DNA of 64,000 nt from Octopus vulgaris. Its lineage: Eukaryota. The stretch lies in assembly GCA_951406725.2 (NCBI GenBank), contig OX597822.1, positions 99,572,001 through 99,636,000 on the forward strand. The letters run 5' to 3'. A model generated the notes under the pieces. It was not told where the DNA came from and did not search any database. It saw only the letters and a list, made by a program, of their open reading frames with translations. A program made the translations under genes and the position numbers. Below are positions 13,131-25,440 of this stretch, piece by piece. Numbering within the stretch: position 1 is the first letter of the stretch; every line of letters starts with the position of its first letter.

Positions 13131-13207
13131 CTGTTTCAACACACGATTTCACATCAAAAATCTTGCAAAACAAATATATAAACAAGACAATAAATACATG
13201 TTTCAAT

Positions 13208-13518
13208 ACGTAAAAAGCACTATCCGAATCGTGGCCGTTGCCAGTGCCGCCTCGACTGGCTTCCGTGCAGGTGGCACGTAAAATGCACCAATCCGACCGT
13301 GGCCGATGCCAGCCTTGCCTGGCACCAGTGCAGGTGGCATGTAAAAAGCACCCACTACACTCACGGAGTGGTTGGCGTTAGGAAGGGCATCCAGCTGTAG
13401 AAACTTTGCCAGATAAGACCGGAGCCTGGTGCAGCCTTCTGGCTTCTCAGATCCCCGGTCGAACCGTCCAACCCATGCTAGCATGGAGAACGGACTTTAA
13501 ATGATGATGATGATGATG
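13208..13518 (+). mobile_element. Retroposon family C
   Basis: ggcgttaggaagggcatccagctgtagaaac...catgctagcatgg...(atg)n. Confidence 0.85.
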
Positions 13519-14237
13519 AATACAGACAAGACAACCTAGTCTCATTTAACAGAAGACAACATACATTTGCAATACACATCAAGGAAATAGTAATGAACTG
13601 CACTCTCTTTCTGCACAAACAGCACAAAGTAACAATCTCTAGACATCAACTAACGGAGAGCTTCAGTAGATAGCAGAATTGGTAGAGTTCCAGATAATAT
13701 TGTTTGAGTTATTTAGTTACAGCTCTTGCATTCTATCTCAAACACCACAGAGGTCAATTTCATCTTATAGAGGTAGCAATTTCGGAGAATCAGTAGAGCA
13801 TTGGACATTTTGCTTTGTGGTGTTTATCCATTCTGGCTATCTGAGCTCGAGTTCAAATACTACCAAGCTCAACTTTGCCTTTTATTCTTTTGGTTTGTTA
13901 ATGTAGCAGTCTTGTATTGTGGTCAATTATTCTTGTTCCCTTACTGTCTCTCTCTTTCTAGAAGAAATCAGATATTCAAAAGTGCTCTACCAACTCTAAA
14001 AATGCTCAAAACATGCTGTATACCATGAAAGCACCTTCTACAAAACTGCCAAGAGAGCTCAAAGCTGCAGCCCATAAATTTCCTTTAAGTCTACACTTTT
14101 TCTCCTAAAGCTCCCAAACTGCAGAAAGGTTTTGCTTAACATCAAATCTATCAATTTCACACTTGTCTGAGAAGGCATGCAAATGCCATCATGTCCCTTT
14201 GTGTCCCTGTTCCTGACACTTATTAATACAAAATATA

Positions 14238-15595
14238 CTAGAAAAGCACTCGGAGAGCGCAGACCTCCACCAAGCAGCTCATTTCCACCCATATACATGC
14301 ATGCTGAAAATCGCCCAATTTCCCAAACCAATACCGGCAACACAGCCATATGATTTTTTTTTTAAAAACCCTTTAAAAATAGAAATCATTTGAAGCAGTT
14401 TATAATACATCAATGGCAATAACAAGCTAGTTTCACCATACAACTAAAAAGAAACAACAATTACCTAAAACTTGAGTGATAACACACACAACATCATGGT
14501 CGGAAAAGTAACAGTCGGTTAGGGTGACTTATGGATGCCGATCCTGGTTCACGTAAACATGATCTAGCAGCCTTCTATAGGCGGTGGTGGGTTGTTGGAC
14601 TAGTTGGTCGAACCCAAACTGGTTCATAGTTGTCAAGATCTCATGGTTAGGGGAATCAAGGAGATCTATGTTGAAATCACTGAGGACGATGGTCAGATGA
14701 TTCCTTGGCAAAGATCTTATAAGATGATGCAGAGGCTGGTGAGGAAAGGAGCAACTGGTACAGAAGGAGATCTGTAAATGGTGATGATGTGATTTTTGTT
14801 GACAAGATGGTCACCCCGACAGCGGTGTACTCTAAGCCACTGACATTCAAATGGGGCGAACTCCTGCTTGGCAACAGTCATCACCCTACCTCCACGCCCC
14901 AGTGCAGCAGGCCTGTCTGCTCTAGTGATCTTCGACTGCGGTAGGATGGATGCTACTTGTTGATTCTGCTTCAAGAACATTTCCATGAAACAAAACACAT
15001 CAAAATTTTGAAGAGTGTTGTCCACTTTCAAGTCTTGTTCATGTTCAAAGTAGGACCTGGTATTGACCAGTCTGATCTGTGGTCCTCCATGAATAACTGT
15101 GGGAGCAGCAGAAGGCAAAGTTTCAGAGATGACGTTTGCTGTCGAAGCCTGTCCATTTCACAATGGACTAGTGTGAATTATTTCATTGCCGTTTGTATGT
15201 AGTTTGATCTCTTTATCCATCAGTTTCTAGTAAGATAGATACGCAAGTAAAATTACTAATAGAGCAACGAAAATAAACTTTGGAAACAGCAAAGCCACCA
15301 TAGGTTACGTGAAAACTATGAACGTGTTTTCAAGGGAGATAATCAAAAAACATAACATTGTAATGTTTCAAAGTAAATATAACAAATGAAAAATCCTTCA
15401 AGAATCCATAAAATTTCCTGCATCACTACCAAAATTTCATCATCTGTTCTTTGTGTCATTACCAACTTTTCCTGTGAGTTTCATCAAATACCATTCACAA
15501 CTTTTTGAGTTATTTTGCACACAGAAGGACAGACGAAGAGACATACGGACAAACTAATGCCAATGAAAACATAACCTCCTTCCTTGGCGGAGGAA
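14238..15595 (-). mobile_element. Helentron (endonuclease-bearing Helitron) deletion derivative
   Basis: Sub-terminal inverted repeats acctccaccaag (14263-14274) and cttggcggagg (15583-15593). 5' palindrome plus GTCY-like microsatellite. 3' hairpin gcactc-gga-gagcgc next to CTAG at 14238-14241. Internal endonuclease remnant in the same orientation. Confidence 0.85.
14465..15170 (-). pseudogene. Helentron Rep-Helicase C-terminus with AP-like (EEP) endonuclease domain, disrupted
   Basis: Across frames: VHCEMDRLR (post-helicase motif), VNTRS, FDVFCF, RADR..GRGG.V, IYRSP, DFNIDLL, PTT...LLDHVYVN, then DCYFSDHD after a premature stop. No reverse transcriptase follows. Confidence 0.85.
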
Positions 15596-16500
15596 ATAAA
15601 TTTAACAAATATTAGATATTCTGATGATGACAATAACAATAGCAAAGAGGACATCACAATGATGACAGCAGCAATGGTGATGACAAAAAAAAATAACTTT
15701 ATTGCCCAACAAATAATGGATAATTATGATTTCAATTCATCAAAATATTCAGTTGAAATGAATTATGAATAAGAAAAAAATGAAAAAAGTTTTTAAAATA
15801 TTTAAGAACTGTAATTCAAAAATTCATTGTTGAGAGAGGTGGGGAGAGAGATGTAATTTGAGCTCATGCAAAGTAAAAAATGAGTATTGAAATTTCAAGA
15901 CAATCAAAATCATTGAAAAAAATACTACTTATTTTTAAATTTTATTTTAATTAATTTCAGATGTCAGTTTTCAAGAACAATATTGTTTGATTTCCGTTGA
16001 CCTCAATGCCATTTTTTTTTACCCTTTTTCCTGTTCTTTTTTTGTTTTGTTTTTGTTTTTATAAGAAGTGAAGTATAGTCAACTGATTGAACCCCAGATA
16101 TATTCTGAATATTTATTTCATTATTTGACTTTTGACAGCAAAAAAGTTTAAAAAACCCACCACAATCACCATTCTAATTTGAATTGAGAAATCTGATATA
16201 TCGCAAACAAATTGCCATAAAGCAGCTGGTTTCTTTTGGATCCTTCCAAAGCCATCATCATGACATATTTTTTAATAACTTAGTACATGATATTATCAGC
16301 ATTACATGGTGGATGATGCTTGGCCAACTGCCATGTATACCCATATATCCACGAAGAAATTAATGGAAGCTTCTCTTGAGTAGAAGCCTGACAGAGTACA
16401 TACAATGTCAACATCTGGATGAGACCATAACACTGATCTAGCCCCGATACAACTGTACCGGTGGAAATTTCATCATCCACTGTTCCATGGGGAGTGGAAG

Positions 16501-16960
16501 AGACTAAGAGAGGAGAATAGTGAAGACCTGAGTCTAGTTGAGGACCTGTGAACAAAGACCTGGCCAAAGAATAGATCCATGGCAAGGTTCTTCACTGTGT
16601 TGGGTGAAAAAGTTATCTCCTGGTGATCTTTGGGCAATAGAAAAAGACTAAGACTAAGAGAGGAGGACAGCAAAGATCTGGTTGAGAACAATGAGCAAGG
16701 ACCTGGCCAGAAAGTAGATCCATGACAAGCCTAGTGATTGCACTGGGTGGAAGGGAGGAAATTTCTTATTCTTGCCCCCTAATGCTCCACGAAGGTCAGA
16801 AGGACCTAAGACTAACAGAGGAGGATAGACAGGGTCTGGGTCAGGACCATGGGAAAGGACCTGGCTCATGACATGTCTTGCAACTGTGCCGGTGTCTTTG
16901 ATGCTCTATGGCAAATAGAAGAAACTGCAACTAAAAGAGAAGAATTGGCAGGGTTCTCCA
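16501..16960 (+). repeat. Degenerate tandem repeat, about 120-160 bp unit, 3-4 copies
   Basis: agactaagagaggag at 16501 and 16651, agactaacagaggag at 16809, and aactaaaagagaag near 16930. The first three units also carry gacctggc. Confidence 0.7.
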
Positions 16961-17372
16961 AGAGTGGTAAAGGAGAGAGATAAGGAAACAATGACTCACT
17001 AGTGATCACCATATTAAAATCTTGTTTGAAATGTTTGAAAAACAGTGGACTCCATTACAGACTCCCAAGAGCTCGATGATGTTAAACCAGCTGATGGATT
17101 AGGTTTACAGGTAAGTACAGGTAAAACAAAGTAATTTGTTTTACCTGTACTTATTTGTATTTGTAAGTAACTAAAACAAAACAAAAACAAAAAAATACTC
17201 AAATAGTTTAAGTTTTTTTTTTCTCTCTTATTTTTTCTTCCCCCCAGATAACGAACACAAACTGTAATTCTATCAAACACTACTATACAAATTAACAACA
17301 AAAGTACAATGAATACATCTCAACACCAGAACAAAGTGATAAATAAACAACACAAAGTGAAAGAATTCTTAC

Positions 17373-17398
17373 CCATTGGGTACTTTTGAGTTACTTAC
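17373..17398 (-). other. Candidate 26-nt microexon / recursive splice site
   Basis: Minus strand: tttttcttttttttcttttacttttAG|GTAAGTaactcaaaagtacccaatgg|GTAAGA. Confidence 0.5.
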
Positions 17399-17778
17399 CT
17401 AAAAGTAAAAGAAAAAAAAGAAAAATATTAGTGTTTTAATAGAAGCCGTATACACACATCTGATCAAATATCAAATATGAAAAAGAAGCAAGCCTAAGAT
17501 TAAATACATTTATGAAAAATACGTGTGTGAGTTTATAAGCACAGTCTGTGAAAATCAAGATAATTTTCATGCCTGGCAGCATGTTCGGTAAGATGCAAGC
17601 ACAGATAATCTTCTATTCATATTAGCATATATAACAGACAGCAAGTATAAGGACAGACAGACAGACACAGGTAGATATATAGATACATATAGATAAATAG
17701 ATACGTATAGATAGGAAGATATACATATAGATACTTATAAATAGATAGATACATAGATAGTTGAATAGATAGAGTTAG

Positions 17779-18194
17779 GAGGGGAGGAAGCACTCCATCG
17801 GTTACGACGATGAGGGTTCCGGTTGATCTGAATCAACGGAACAGCTTGCTCGTGAAATTAACGTGTAAGTGGCTGAGCACTCCACAGACACGTGTACCCT
17901 TAACATAGTTCTCGGGGATATTCAGCGTGACACAGAGAGTGACAAGGCCGGCCCCTTGAAATACATGTACAACAGAAACAGGAAGTAAGAGTGAGAGAAA
18001 GTTGTGGTGAAAGAGTACAGCAGGGATCACCACCATCCCTGCCAGAGCCTCGTGGAGCTTTAGGTGTTTTCGCTCAATAAACACTCACAACGCCCGGTCT
18101 GAAAATCCAAACCGCGATCCTATGACCGCGATCCTATGACCGCGATCCTATGACCACGAGTCCGCTGCCCTAACCATTGGGCCATTGCGCCTCC
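17779..18194 (-). mobile_element. SINE family D
   Basis: Matches 1319-1694. TSD atagagttag at 17769-17778 and 18195-18204. Inserted at the end of a (TAGA)n-like tract. Confidence 0.9.
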
Positions 18195-18644
18195 ATAGAG
18201 TTAGATATACATACACACATAATGGAAAAGTGAAGATTTAAAAAGAATCATACAGTATGGAAAACTACAGACAACAAGACTAGTGTTTTTGCACCTGCTT
18301 CACTATTGTGATGATGCTTTTTTTAATTTTATTATCATTTAAAATATGTACACAGAATCACACATGGTCCAGTCTACTTGGCTGAGAGGAGTCCCAGATG
18401 AGTGCTGGGGCACTCTACTATCCCTCCAACTATCATATCTGTGTTTTACTGGGTCAAGAGGAGAGGCCTGAGAGTGTGCCTATGTGTGGTCATGACTACA
18501 CAGGAACCAAATTAATTTCAGGGATGAAAAGTTACGATATTTTCAAGGAATAATAATATGACCATGATTTGATTGAAAGAGCAATGACACTGAAGTTCAA
18601 TTTATTCCATAAAATAAAATGGTATGCATTGAATAAATGACTTA

Positions 18645-19032
18645 TTCTTTTACTTGTTTCAGTCATTTGACTGTGGCCATGCTGGAGCACCACCTTTTTT
18701 AGTCGAGCAAATCTAGCCCAGGACTCATTCTTTGTAAGCCTAGTACTTATTCTATCGGTCTCTTTTGCTGAACCGCTAAGTTACGGGGATGTAAACACAC
18801 CAACATCGGTTGTCAAGCGATGTTGGGGGGACAAACACAGACACACAAATATATACACATACACATACATATATACGACGGGCTTCTTTCAGTTTCCGTC
18901 TACCAAATCCACTCACAAGGCTTTGGCTGGCCCAAAGCTATAGCAGAAGACACTGGCCCAAGGTGCCACACAGTGGGACTGAACCCGGAACCATGTGGTT
19001 CGTAAGCAAGCTACTTACCACACAGCCACTCC
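18645..19032 (-). mobile_element. SINE family A
   Basis: Reverse complement of the family A consensus. Confidence 0.9.
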
Positions 19033-19312
19033 TATTAAATTTCCCTAAATGCATCATCATCATTATCATCACTTAAGAAAAGTACAGGGTTTGTGGTTTT
19101 TCTTACTGACCTTAACATCTTTTACCAACATACATCAGTGAAAGGCAGACTCTCTCTCTCTCTCTCTCTCTCATCCCTCCCGTCTCTCTATCACTCACTC
19201 ACACACACAAACAAATGATGAGCATTCATACAGCTTGTATGCAGTAAATTTCACTCACAACCCAAAGCTATGGCAAAAGACACTTGACCAAAATGTTGCA
19301 CACTGGATTCAA

Positions 19313-20175
19313 ACATAGCATTATCCAATGTGCTAACAATTCTGACAGCTCACTACCTTCATAATAATAATAATGGTTTCAAATTTTGCCACAAGGGCAG
19401 CAATTTTTGCAGAGGGGATGAATTGATTACATTGACCCCACTGTTTCACTGGTACTTAATTTATCAACCCTGAAAGGATAAAAGACAAAGTCAACCTCAG
19501 TGGAATTGAACTCAAAATGTAAAGACAGGCAAAATACCTATTTCTTTACTGCCCACAAGGGGCTAAACACAGAGGAGACAAACAAGGACAGACAGATGGA
19601 TTAAGTCGATTATATTGACCCCAGTGCGTAACTGGTACTTAATTTATCGACCCTGAAAGGATGAAAGGCAAAGTCAACCTCAGTGGAATTGAACTCACAA
19701 TGTAAAGCCAGGTGAAATATCACTAAGCATTTTGCCCAGCGTGCTAACAATTCTGCCAGCTCATCACCTTCATAATATTGGTTTCAAAATTTTTCCACAA
19801 GGGCAGCAATTTGGGGGGGGGGGGGGCAATTACACTGACCCCAGTGTTTAACTGGTACTTATTTTTTCAATCCTGAAAGGTTGAAAGGCAAAGGTGACTT
19901 TGGCAGAATTTGAATTCAGAACATAGCGACATGTGAAATACCTATTTCTTTAATACCCACAAGGGGCTAAACATAGAGGGTACAAACAAGGACAGACAAA
20001 GGTATTAAGTCGATTACATCGACCCCAGTGCGTAACTGATACTTAATTTATTGACCCCGAAAGTATGAAAGGCAAAGTCGAGCTTGGCGGGATTTGAACT
20101 CACAACATAACGACAGGTGAAATACCACTAAGCATTTCATCCAGCATGCTAACTATTAGCCAGCCTGCTACCATA
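19313..20175 (-). mobile_element. Tandem array of composite SINE B units
   Basis: Four SINE B bodies arranged as two units of about 400 bp (19375-19775, 19780-20175), plus a head fragment. Confidence 0.85.
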
Positions 20176-20896
20176 ATAATAATAAAAATAACGATAAAAG
20201 TCGCTGAGAAGAAATGTTCAGTTTGACAAGTGAAACTACTTATTTCCTAAAGAGAAACATATTATTGTAAAAGTTATTATTCATTTATTTTTCATGGTAA
20301 ATGTGTTTAATATCCATTAATTCAATAAATATTAGCAATGTTGAAAAAATAGTTTTGCTCATAAAAAGTGTTTCAATTAGGAAATAATGTTTTTAAAGCA
20401 ATTTCTTCCCCGCCCCCACCTACCTCCTTACCATAAAAAAAATGCAAAAAAAAAAAAAAGAATCATTACTGATCATAAACTTACATAATTAAAAGAAAAA
20501 TATATATAATTCTGTTAATGTTTGCAACGAAATTTAATTAAAGAACAAAATTAATCACATTAGTGACTGGGTCATCACGAAACAGAGAAGTTGTTTACAT
20601 ATCTGTATATATTATCACATAACACTTCGGCAAAGATCAATACTTTTCAGATTTGTTATTTTAAAAAGGATTCCCATGCCGGCCTTGACTGATGAAAATA
20701 ATAATCGAAGGTAACCATCAATTTTTCTTTTGTCTTTTTTTCATACATGGTGTAAGTAGAACTACATTATGCAACAAGTCTTTTCATTCTTAAATGCCAA
20801 AGGATGTGATTTTTCAGGGAAATTTGGGTGCCCTTTCTCACAGGTTGAGAGCAACTGCAGAGAGGCTCCTCACTGACTCACCACAAGATGTATGTA

Positions 20897-21702
20897 TACT
20901 CTTTTACTTGTTTCAGTCATTTGACTGCGGCCATGCTGGAGCACCGCCTTTAGTCGAGCAAATCGACCCAGAGACTTATTCTTTGTAAGCTCAGTACTTA
21001 TTCTATCGGTCTCTTTTGCCGAACCGCTAAGTGACAGGGACGTAAACACACCAGCAAGCAATGTCAAGCAATGCTAGAGGGACAAACACAGACACACAAA
21101 CATATACATACACATACATACATATATATATACATATATACGACAGGCTTCTTTCAGTTTCCGTCTACCAAATCCACTCACAAGGCATTGGTCGGCCCGA
21201 GGCTATAGCAGAAGACACTTGCCCAAGATGCCACGCAGTGGGACTGAACCCAGAACCATGTGGTTGGTAGGCAAGCTACTTACAACACAGCCACTCCTGC
21301 ACCTGTGTAAACTTTATACCCACATATATAATTTCTAACATTAGGTGCAGGTGTGACTGTGTGGTAAGAAGCTTCCTTCTCAACTACATGGTTCTGAGTT
21401 CAGTCCCACTGCATGGCATCATGGGCAAGTATCTTCTGAAAATAGCCTCAGGCCAACCAAAGCCTTGAGTGGATTTGACAAACAGAAACTGAAAGCCCAT
21501 TGTGTGTGAGTTTGATCCCACCACCACTTGACAACTGGCATAGGGATGTTTATGTCCCTGTAACTTAACGGTTCAACAAAAGAGATCAATCGAATAAGTA
21601 CCAAGTTTATAAAAAATATAAGTACTGGGATTAAATCATGTGATTACAAGTCCTTCAGGGAAGTGCCCCAGCATAGCCATAATCCAAGGATAGAAGCAAG
21701 TA
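20897..21702. mobile_element. Head-to-head SINE A pair (20897-21304 minus, 21343-21702 plus)
   Basis: Two family A copies in opposite orientation, about 40 bp apart. Confidence 0.88.
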
Positions 21703-23997
21703 AAAAAAATTTAGGGGCAAATTTACTCCCAGACAAAAATACACAACTTCTAAATTCAGTACCAAAGGAAATTTCATTGAGATAATACCAAAAACATAAT
21801 GGTAAATTTCAATTAGAAGCAGATTTTCTATAATCAGATGCCCTTCCTGTCACCAACCCTCACCTGTTTCCAAGCAAGGTGATATTTTCCTATGGCGAGA
21901 AATTGCTTTCAAGGAAAATTGGAAATGCTGGGCAGTATGTGTATATACTGGTGACACATTTATAATTATCAATGTCCATAACAAAGACACACATCTATAC
22001 AGATATAAACACACACATACTGTTAGGGGATTTGAATGGGTTAATGGAACCTGCATAACTGGACATTTCCCAGACAGTTTTTCTTCTGAAGATGGGACTT
22101 TATGCCTGAAATATAAAAGGTTTTATAAAACTATCCGCATTGTCAGAAGCTTTCTATTTTATCTCTCTTAACCTTCTTTGAAATTACAATGCTTCAAGCA
22201 AACTACAGTGCTCTTAAATACATATACACACACATACACACATGTCAGTTTCTGTCTACCAAACTCACTTTCAAGGCTTTGGTCAGCCTGGTACTGTAAA
22301 AGACACTTGCCCAAAATGTCATGCAGTGGAATAGAACCTGAACAGAACCAGAACAATGTGGTTGGAAACCAAATTTCTTAACTTGCATGTATTCCAATTT
22401 AATATCTTCTGCACCAATTTCAACTGAACAAGTTTTAATCCCATAATTCCTCAAGGGAATTATTTTTACCAGATACTTAAAACATTATTTTAAAGATATA
22501 TTTCTGCATGATCAGAGATTTATAAGTAACATGAGATCAATAAAAGAGATAAACAAAATGTTATTTTTATGAAAGAATACCAAAAAAAATGTTTTGAATT
22601 AAAAAGAAAAAATACAGTATGAGAGGGCTTTTTATAAACATTTCCTACAATTTTAAATGAAATAATTCAATTTGTGTGAAATAAAGAAACCCAATGCCTC
22701 GTAAGTGAAATTAATGCATTAAAATTGTATGGTTGCTCGCTATACATAGATATGAGTGTGTGTATGTGTAAAAATTGCTATCATTATCATTTTAATGTCT
22801 ACTTTTCTATGGCTAGGTGCTCTTTGTATTACCAGTTATGACCTGTTTCCAAATAAGGTAGTATTTCCCCATAACCAAATATGCTTTCACTGGAGACAAA
22901 GGACACAACCTGCATGATGGTGACACTCATTTAAAACTGTTATGTGATGTCAAAAGCAAGGAGACAATAGCATGTATGAGGTTTCAGTTCCTATCCACCA
23001 AATCCACTCACAAAGCATTTGGTCAGCTTGGGACTATAGTAGAAGACATTACAGTGCCATGCAGTGGGATTGAATCATAAACCATGTGGATGGCAAGTAA
23101 ACTTATCAATCACACAGTCATATCTGCTTATATAGCAGAAGATTCATTTAAATATACCTGCTAAAAATGCTTAGATACAAAAAGTGGCATCAAAATGTCA
23201 GTGAATGTCTTTGTTAAAGAAAAACTGAATAAAGATTATTTGGAAAAAAAAGTACCAGAGTTAAAAATTTAATAAAAATTATTTTTACATAGAGAGCAAT
23301 ATTTAATAAAGTTATTGAAATAGTTATTTTCGAAATAATAAAACTTTTTGCAAAAGATTTGCTTAGGTACTCTTTACATTGAGTCGTAATAGCAGCTAAC
23401 TAAATTATTTTCACAAAACAATAAATTTTCTAGGTTTTGACACTTAAAACATTTGTATTTTTCAATGTCACGTCAAAAAAAAAAAAAGCATTTTAAATTT
23501 TTTTATATAGTTATTTAAAACTGAAGTGTTATTTGCAAAAATTCGTCAGAAACAAATAACTGCTAACAAATTAAAATCAATATAGAAAAAGAAATTTAAT
23601 ATCGAGTATGACAGTATTTCAATTGCATTTCTTTTTTTTTTTTTTTATTTTCTTCAAAAATATTTGAGACAGTTATAACCAGATAAAAGTGTTGATGGTG
23701 AATAAATAAATATCTAATCAAGTACTAAATAGCTAAATTAGTTTAAATCTTTTGATGTGCAAAGAAATGTATTTCAGTCTGGGAAGCATATAAAAATCTG
23801 TTCAATCTTTTCAATCTATAGGCATGCTTGAGTGTGAGTGGCAATATACCTTACACTTTTTAAATGTATATGAAAGGGTGTTACAGTATGTTTTCTAAGA
23901 CAGGCACAGCAATGAGCTTGCTATCTGTAAATGATGGATGATAAAAGTACCAATCCATGTATTTTACAAAACAAATATCATTTCAATTCATGGGGGG

Positions 23998-25440
23998 CAT
24001 GTAGAAGAATGACAATCTAAACAATAATATATCTATTCAGGTTAATATATAGATCCGCGCCCGAGTGGGAAAATGGAAAAGAATATGTGTAATTCTTAAA
24101 ACATCTTGGCAGATTCAAACATAAATATCTGATTGCTGTTGTGTGTATATGTGTCTGTGTTTGTCTCCCCAAGATCGTTTGACAACCGATGCTGGTGTGT
24201 TTACATCCTTGTAACTTAGCGGTTTGGCGAAAGAGACCGATAGAATAAGTACTAGGCTTACAAAGAATAAGTGCTGGGGGTCAATTTGCTTGACTAAAGG
24301 TGGTGCTCCAGCATGGCCACAGTCAAAGGACTGAAACAAGTAAAAGAGTAAAAGAGCTGTAAAATCAAGGCTTCAGTAACAATACTTAAGCCATGCTAGC
24401 ATGGAAAATACATAGAACAGATGTGTGTTTGCATGTTTACTTCCCTGTGTGTCATTGTATTCAATGACATGTAGAAGAATGACAATCTAAACAATAATAT
24501 ATCTATCCATTCTTAAAACATCTTGGCAGATTCAAACCTAAATATCTGATTGCTGTTGTGTGTATCCATTCATTCTTTATATGTTCTGGCAGAGTCAAAC
24601 CCTTGCCTGTGAGTTGCTTGTGTTATGAACAAACAACATTTGTGTTATGAGAAAAAAAATAGCAATCAAATATTCACATCTGAATCTGCCAGAACATATT
24701 AAGAATGAATAGATACAATATTCTTTGGATTCTTGCCTTTCTGCATGCATTCCATGGAATTATTATCCGTTTGGCAGACATCTGCATGCATCAGCAAATA
24801 ATCTGTTTGTTGATTCCTATAAAGGAGCACTGAAGCTCTTGTCAGATTCAGTGGTCCGGTTGGACAGCTTTGACTGAGGAGGCACACAATAAGGTCAAAG
24901 CATTGTGTGTCTCAAAGTCCCCCTGAGCCAATGAATCACATTACAAACATTTAAAGGGAGGAGGTAATCTGTCAACTACAAAAGAACATCAATCAGATAG
25001 TCATATGTGAATCTGTTCAAAGATATTAGGAATGAATAGATCTTTGAACCACTGAGCTGTTGGACATGAGAGTTTATGCTGGACAGACAAATGTCACTGT
25101 AGTCCACCTGGTGTCAAGTGTGCCTGCTTTGAAAGTCAATACAATGACACACAAGGAAGTAAACACACACACACACACAAACACACATCTGTTCTATGTA
25201 TTTTCCATGCCAGCATGGCTTAAGTATTGTTACTGAAGCCTTGTTTTTACAGCTCTTTTACTCTTTACTCTCTTTTACTTGTTTCAGTCCTTTGACTGTG
25301 GCCATGGTGGAGCAGCGCCTTTAGTCAAGCAAATCGACCCTAGTACTTATTCTATCGGTCTCTTTCACCGAACCGCTAAGTTACGAGGACGTAAACACAC
25401 CAGCATCGGTTGTCAAGCGATGCTGGGGAGACAAACACAG

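Noticed and set aside
14465-15170. LINE ORF2 endonuclease
   Set aside because: The domain is C-terminal, is preceded by a helicase-end motif and is bounded by Helentron termini.
19375-20175. Regularly spaced repeats resembling a CRISPR array
   Set aside because: These are long degenerate SINE units in a eukaryote, with no unique spacers or cas genes.
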